Source: Candidatus Heimdallarchaeota archaeon
Lineage (GTDB): Archaea > Asgardarchaeota > Heimdallarchaeia > Heimdallarchaeales > Heimdallarchaeaceae
Reading direction: 5' to 3'
NCBI GenBank assembly: GCA_021399395.1
Contig: JAAFKJ010000058.1
Span: 1-10,292 of the forward strand
DNA: 10,292 bases
Below are positions 6,148 through 10,292 of the stretch, piece by piece; the stretch's first letter is position 1, and each line of letters begins with the position of its first letter. The position numbers and the translations under genes were made by a program. The notes beneath the pieces are model-generated. The model made no database searches. It was not told where the DNA came from and worked only from the letters and a program-made list of their open reading frames with translations.

Positions 6148-7956
6148 TTAGTCATCATATGGAGACTTATTTAGAATCGTTTTGGTCATGGATAAAACTT
6201 GTTCTGCAATTTCCTCGTTTACACCTAATTTTTTCATGATTTCCTCTTTTGGCACCTTAGATATTTCAGCTAAAGTTTTGTATTCGTGAAAAAGTTTTGA
6301 AACTTTGGCTTTTCCTATACCTTTTATTCTTTCAAAAGCAGAATCTTTTACAGACCTAGATCTCAAAGTTTTATGATAATTGATTGCGAATCGGTGTGAT
6401 TCATCTCTTACGTATTGAACCAAACGTTGCACACTAGAATCCTTTTCTATATCAATTGGTTCATCCGACCACTCTGCATATATTTCTTCTCTCTTCTTTG
6501 CTATACTGATAATCGGCACATCTATCTTGAGTTTTTTGAGTACTTTCATTGCAACGTTTAGTTGCCCTTTACCACCATCAATGATAATCAATTGAGGCTG
6601 AGGGTCATTTTTCAAAGTCTCAGATTTATATCGTCTTGTAACTACTTCTTCCATCATTGCATAATCATTTGGCTCAGAATACTCTTTACGAATCTGAAAG
6701 CGTCTATAGAGTTTTTTCTGAGGTTTTCCATCTTGAAAAACAACACATGAACCAACAGAATGTGATCCTCCCAATGTTGAGATATCATATCCATGGATTA
6801 TTGTAGGCAAATCTGGAAGCTGAAATTTTTCTTGCATTTCTTCAAGAACATTTTCTGATTCTTTTCTATATTGAATATCCCGCTTATATCTTCGCAACTC
6901 ATTAATAGCGTTCTTTTCTGCGACTTTACATAATTGTTCAGAAACTTTGTTAGTTGGATGTTTCAATGAAACATCAGTGTTTTTCTCAAACCGGTTTGTA
7001 AACTTCTCTTCTAACAAAATTGGAAATCTTCGTTTTTCCTGTCCATAAATAAAGGCCAACACTTCGCCCAATTCTTTCAATTTCCCATCTTCCTTTGGGA
7101 AAACATCGTTCATAATATTGTGAATACGATACTCTCGAATCTCCAATTTACAAAAAGCCATATCACCTTCTTTTTCAGTGAAAACCAATACATCAACGTT
7201 TTTTCTTTGAGATTTAAGATCTTCCTGAATATTCAGAATTGTTCTTACTGCATGTATAAGATCTCTTATTTTTGCTGCTTTTTCGTAATTCGCATCCTTT
7301 GAAGCAGTCCACATTTCTTCTTCAAGAGTATCGAGTAATCTTGCAACGTCTCCTCTAAGAAAAGATATAACATTTTTAGCTGTTCTTCTGTACTCTTCTG
7401 GAGTAATGTCGTTCTTCCACGGAGCTAAACACCTTCCCAACCTAGATCTCATACACCTAATTGTAATGCCTTTTTCTCTGATTTTCTCAAAATTTTTACC
7501 ACAATTACAAATTGGGAATAATTTTAAGACCAGTTTAACTGTCTGCCTAAGCATTGTATTATTAGTAAATGGCCCAAAGTATACACTCTTACTCACACGA
7601 GGATCTGTTTCTCTAGCAACGAGAATTTGTGGGAAGTTTTGTTCCATCGTTATTCGAATAAGTAGATTTGATTTATCATCCTTCAACATACTATTTAGTT
7701 TAGGAGATAATTGTCTGATCAATTTCCTCTCTAAAATCAGTGCTTCAGATTCGTTTCTTACTAAAACCCAATCAACTCTATGAGCCAGTTCTTGAAGTTT
7801 ATCTTCTTTAGGGATGGAAGTGGTTTGAAAATGTTGTTTTACTCTGTTTTTCAAATTCTTTGCTTTACCTACGTAAATTACCTTCTCAGCCTTATCTTTA
7901 ACTAAGTAAACTCCTGGTTCGTTCGGGATATCTTCAAGATCCGAGAAGAGGCTCAT
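6148..7956 (-). CDS. uvrC: Excinuclease ABC subunit C (UvrC)
   Basis: GIY-YIG domain (PGVYLVKD..VIYVGKAKNLKNRV), Cys-rich region, UVR coiled coil (EMWTASKDANYEKAAKIRD), RNase H-like nuclease (GYDIST, NDYAMM, IIIDGGKGQL, RDESHRFA) and HhH (IKGIGKAK). ATGA overlap with uvrB and SD GGTGA at 7968-7964. Confidence 0.98.
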   Translation of the reverse strand: MSLFSDLEDIPNEPGVYLVKDKAEKVIYVGKAKNLKNRVKQHFQTTSIPKEDKLQELAHRVDWVLVRNESEALILERKLIRQLSPKLNSMLKDDKSNLLIRITMEQNFPQILVARETDPRVSKSVYFGPFTNNTMLRQTVKLVLKLFPICNCGKNFEKIREKGITIRCMRSRLGRCLAPWKNDITPEEYRRTAKNVISFLRGDVARLLDTLEEEMWTASKDANYEKAAKIRDLIHAVRTILNIQEDLKSQRKNVDVLVFTEKEGDMAFCKLEIREYRIHNIMNDVFPKEDGKLKELGEVLAFIYGQEKRRFPILLEEKFTNRFEKNTDVSLKHPTNKVSEQLCKVAEKNAINELRRYKRDIQYRKESENVLEEMQEKFQLPDLPTIIHGYDISTLGGSHSVGSCVVFQDGKPQKKLYRRFQIRKEYSEPNDYAMMEEVVTRRYKSETLKNDPQPQLIIIDGGKGQLNVAMKVLKKLKIDVPIISIAKKREEIYAEWSDEPIDIEKDSSVQRLVQYVRDESHRFAINYHKTLRSRSVKDSAFERIKGIGKAKVSKLFHEYKTLAEISKVPKEEIMKKLGVNEEIAEQVLSMTKTILNKSPYDD

Positions 7957-9929
7957 TTAGAGTTCACCATTTTCTCAAGTTCTTTAATTTTATCTCGATA
8001 TATGGCAGCTTTCTCAAAGTCTAAAGTTCCAGCAGCTTCTGCCATTTTTCCTTTCAAATCATCAATAACATAGAAAATATCTTCTGATGTTAGACCTTCA
8101 GGAACTTCAATTCTATCTTCTTCTTTTGGAGTTACTTGCATAAGGTGTTCTACTATAGATTTGACTTCTTTACGTATGGTTGTTGGTATAATACCATGGT
8201 CTTGATTATACTTTTGCTGGATGCTTCTTCTTCTGTTGTTCTCCATTATGGCAGCTTTCATAGAATCTGTTAACTTATCTGCATAAAGAAGAACACTACC
8301 ATGAACATTCCTACTTGCACGACCCATAAGTTGTATCAAAGAACTTCGTGATCTCAAAAACCCTTCTTTATCAGCATCAAGAATAGCTACTAGAGAAACT
8401 TCTGGAAGATCTAAGCCTTCTCGCAACAAATTAATCCCAACAACCACATCATACTTACCAAGTCTTAAATCTTTAAGAATCTCGATTCTATCAAGAGTGT
8501 CAACTTCATGATGTAAGTAAACTGACTTGATTGCCATTTCTAGTAAGTAATCGGAAAGCATCTCTGCACTCTGTTTTGTTAGTGTGGTAACTAGAATTCT
8601 TTCACCTTTGGCTACTCTTAGATTGATTTCACTCACTATGTCAAGTATTTGTCCTTCTGTTTTTCTAACTTCTATTTTAGGATCTATAAGGCCAGTTGGA
8701 CGAATAATCTGTTCAACTATCTGTTTGGAATTCTTATGCTCATAAGGACCAGGCGTAGCACTTGCAAAAATAACCTTTTTCATATATTTTTCAGTTTCAT
8801 CGAACTTGAAGGGTCTGTTATCGGACGCTGAAGGAAGCCTGAAACCATGATCAATAAGATTCTTCTTTCTTGAATGATCTCCACCGAACATGCCGTGAAG
8901 TTGAGGTATTGTAAGATGAGATTCGTCAATTATCAGAAGAAAATCATCTGGAAAATGATCAAGAAGAGTATAAGGTTTTTCTCCAGATTTTCTTCTATCG
9001 AAGTGACGTGAATAATTTTCAATTCCCGAGCATCCTCCAGTTTCTCTAAGAAGTTCCAAATCATAGAGTGTTTTTTGTTTTAATCTATGTCCCTCTACAA
9101 TTTTTCCCTCTTTCTTGAATTCAGCTAATCGCATATCAAACTCTAATTTAATATCTTCTAAAGCAGTTTCGAAGAAAGCATCATTTGCTAGATATTGAGT
9201 TCCTGGAAAAATAGACATTTGAGGATATTCTCGGATTTTTTCTCCAGATACCGGATGTCTTGCAGTTAACCGCTCTATTTCATCTCCAAAAAACTCAATG
9301 CGGTATACATAATCACCATAAAGTGGAAAAATATCAATAGAATCTCCTCTTACTCTGAAACTCTTACGTTCAAGAGAGATATCGTTTCTGTCATATTGAT
9401 TCTTAACTAATTCCAACATCAAATCCTGGCGGTCAAGAGTATCCCCAACACTTAGTGCAATTTTTCTAGAACGATATACATCAGGATGACCTGTACCGTA
9501 AATACAGGAAACAGATGCACATATTATTACATCGTCTCTAGTTGCTAAAGCTTCAAGAGCTGTATGTCTTAGTCGTTCAATCTCACGATTAATGTCCACG
9601 TCCTTTTCGATGTAAAGGTCTTTGGAAGGTAAATATGCTTCTGGTTGATAATAGTCATAAAAAGAAACATAGTAGTTAACACTAGCAGTTGGAAAGAGAG
9701 TCTTGAATTCTCCAAATAATTGAGCAACAAGAGTCTTATTTGGACCAATAATCAAAGTTGGTCTCTTTATCTTATTAATAACGTGAGCCATACTGAAAGT
9801 TTTCCCGCTACCAGTTACTCCAAGAAGTGTTTGTTTGGGATATCCTTTATTTATACCATCAACTAATTTTTCGATTGCTTTTGGCTGGTCTCCTCTTGGG
9901 AGTAGGGGGGTTTCAATGTCTAAAGGCAT
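7953..9929 (-). CDS. uvrB: Excinuclease ABC subunit B (UvrB)
   Basis: PRGDQP, Walker A GVTGSGKT, beta-hairpin YDYYQPEAY, GIENYSRH, Walker B IDESH, SATPG, IRPTGLIDP, GINLLREGLDLPEVSLVAILDADKEGFLRS and a C-terminal UVR domain. ATG 9929 is preferred to TTG 9953 because AGGTGA (9942-9937) sits 7 nt upstream. Confidence 0.98.
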   Translation of the reverse strand: MPLDIETPLLPRGDQPKAIEKLVDGINKGYPKQTLLGVTGSGKTFSMAHVINKIKRPTLIIGPNKTLVAQLFGEFKTLFPTASVNYYVSFYDYYQPEAYLPSKDLYIEKDVDINREIERLRHTALEALATRDDVIICASVSCIYGTGHPDVYRSRKIALSVGDTLDRQDLMLELVKNQYDRNDISLERKSFRVRGDSIDIFPLYGDYVYRIEFFGDEIERLTARHPVSGEKIREYPQMSIFPGTQYLANDAFFETALEDIKLEFDMRLAEFKKEGKIVEGHRLKQKTLYDLELLRETGGCSGIENYSRHFDRRKSGEKPYTLLDHFPDDFLLIIDESHLTIPQLHGMFGGDHSRKKNLIDHGFRLPSASDNRPFKFDETEKYMKKVIFASATPGPYEHKNSKQIVEQIIRPTGLIDPKIEVRKTEGQILDIVSEINLRVAKGERILVTTLTKQSAEMLSDYLLEMAIKSVYLHHEVDTLDRIEILKDLRLGKYDVVVGINLLREGLDLPEVSLVAILDADKEGFLRSRSSLIQLMGRASRNVHGSVLLYADKLTDSMKAAIMENNRRRSIQQKYNQDHGIIPTTIRKEVKSIVEHLMQVTPKEEDRIEVPEGLTSEDIFYVIDDLKGKMAEAAGTLDFEKAAIYRDKIKELEKMVNSK

Positions 9930-9967
9930 CGTTAATTCACCTATCCTTGTCAATTAAAAAGGATGTT

Positions 9968-9996
9968 TATCTTAAAGAAAGGTTTCATATTATAAA
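9968..9996 (-). promoter_or_regulatory. Candidate TATA boxes for uvrBC
   Basis: Minus strand reads TTTATAATA (9996-9988) and TTTAAGATA (9976-9968). The latter would place the start site just upstream of the SD. Confidence 0.3.
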
Positions 9997-10038
9997 GGAG
10001 GAATTTTCAGATAATTATGAGTCCTCCGTAATACACTG

Positions 10039-10046
10039 TTTAAAAA
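10039..10046 (+). promoter_or_regulatory. Putative TATA box for the small divergent gene
   Basis: TTTAAAAA ends 23 nt before ATG 10070, typical leaderless archaeal spacing. Confidence 0.45.
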
Positions 10047-10069
10047 AGTTAAATGTTGATTCTTATTGT

Positions 10070-10279
10070 ATGGAATTCATAAATTACTTCGACATTCCAA
10101 AAGAAGAATTAGAAGATCAAAGTATTATGAGTTACTTAGAAGAACTTTACAGAAGCATTGAAGCTCCTTTAGGGAGAGTTCGTGCTTGGTATGCTTTACC
10201 TCATGAAGATAAGGATATGAAACGCATCTGTGTTTTTTACTCAATCGATCAATTCAAAGAGAAAAAAGTAGCTAGATAA
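10070..10279 (+). CDS. Small hypothetical protein, 69 aa
   Basis: MEFINYFDIPKEELEDQSIMSYLEELYRSIEAPLGRVRAWYALPHEDKDMKRICVFYSIDQFKEKKVAR is the 3' part of track ORF 9827..10279. It looks like a soluble protein and is preceded by a TATA box. The upstream extension overlaps uvrB antisense and its promoter. Confidence 0.7.
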   Translation: MEFINYFDIPKEELEDQSIMSYLEELYRSIEAPLGRVRAWYALPHEDKDMKRICVFYSIDQFKEKKVAR

Positions 10280-10292
10280 AGTAATTCAAAAA

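Noticed and set aside
6562-8831. Plus-strand ORFs 6562-6750, 7120-7302, 7406-7783 and 8649-8831
   Set aside because: All are antisense to conserved uvrC/uvrB coding sequence and have shadow-ORF composition.
9995-10031. AAGGAGG followed by mini-ORF ATG AGT CCT CCG TAA (10017-10031)
   Set aside because: The SD-to-ATG spacing of about 15 nt is too long and the ORF has only four codons, so a leader peptide is unsupported.
9827-10069. N-terminal 81 codons of the 150-aa track ORF
   Set aside because: Overlaps uvrB antisense and its promoter. ATG 10070 with a TATA box is the better start.
1-10292. CRISPR arrays, tRNA/rRNA genes, IS elements, inteins or frameshifts
   Set aside because: No spaced direct repeats, GC-rich structured RNA, or transposase/integrase motifs were seen by eye. 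UvrB and UvrC have normal lengths, and intergenic gaps are all under about 150 nt.

Overview
AT-rich archaeal chromosomal window, most likely from an Asgard archaeon such as Heimdallarchaeia. The taxonomy is inferred, not searched: GGTGA-type Shine-Dalgarno sites precede three genes, TATA-like boxes sit about 20-30 nt before apparently leaderless starts, a secreted protein is rich in N-glycosylation sequons, and the regulator and permease types resemble those common in that lineage. Gene order: a 58-aa tail-anchored membrane protein missed by the ORF track (+), a LolD/MacB-type ABC ATPase and a ~990-aa double-FtsX permease (+), then convergently a tandem-duplicated Lrp/AsnC-like winged-HTH regulator (-), a C-terminally anchored surface protein with a palindrome-rich promoter (-), translationally coupled uvrB-uvrC without an adjacent uvrA (-), and a divergent ~69-aa protein of unknown function (+). 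I saw no CRISPR array, RNA gene or mobile element, and no clear-cut new system. The best leads are the altered Cys cluster of UvrC, the operator-like dyads with the surface protein and regulator, and the two small unannotated proteins.
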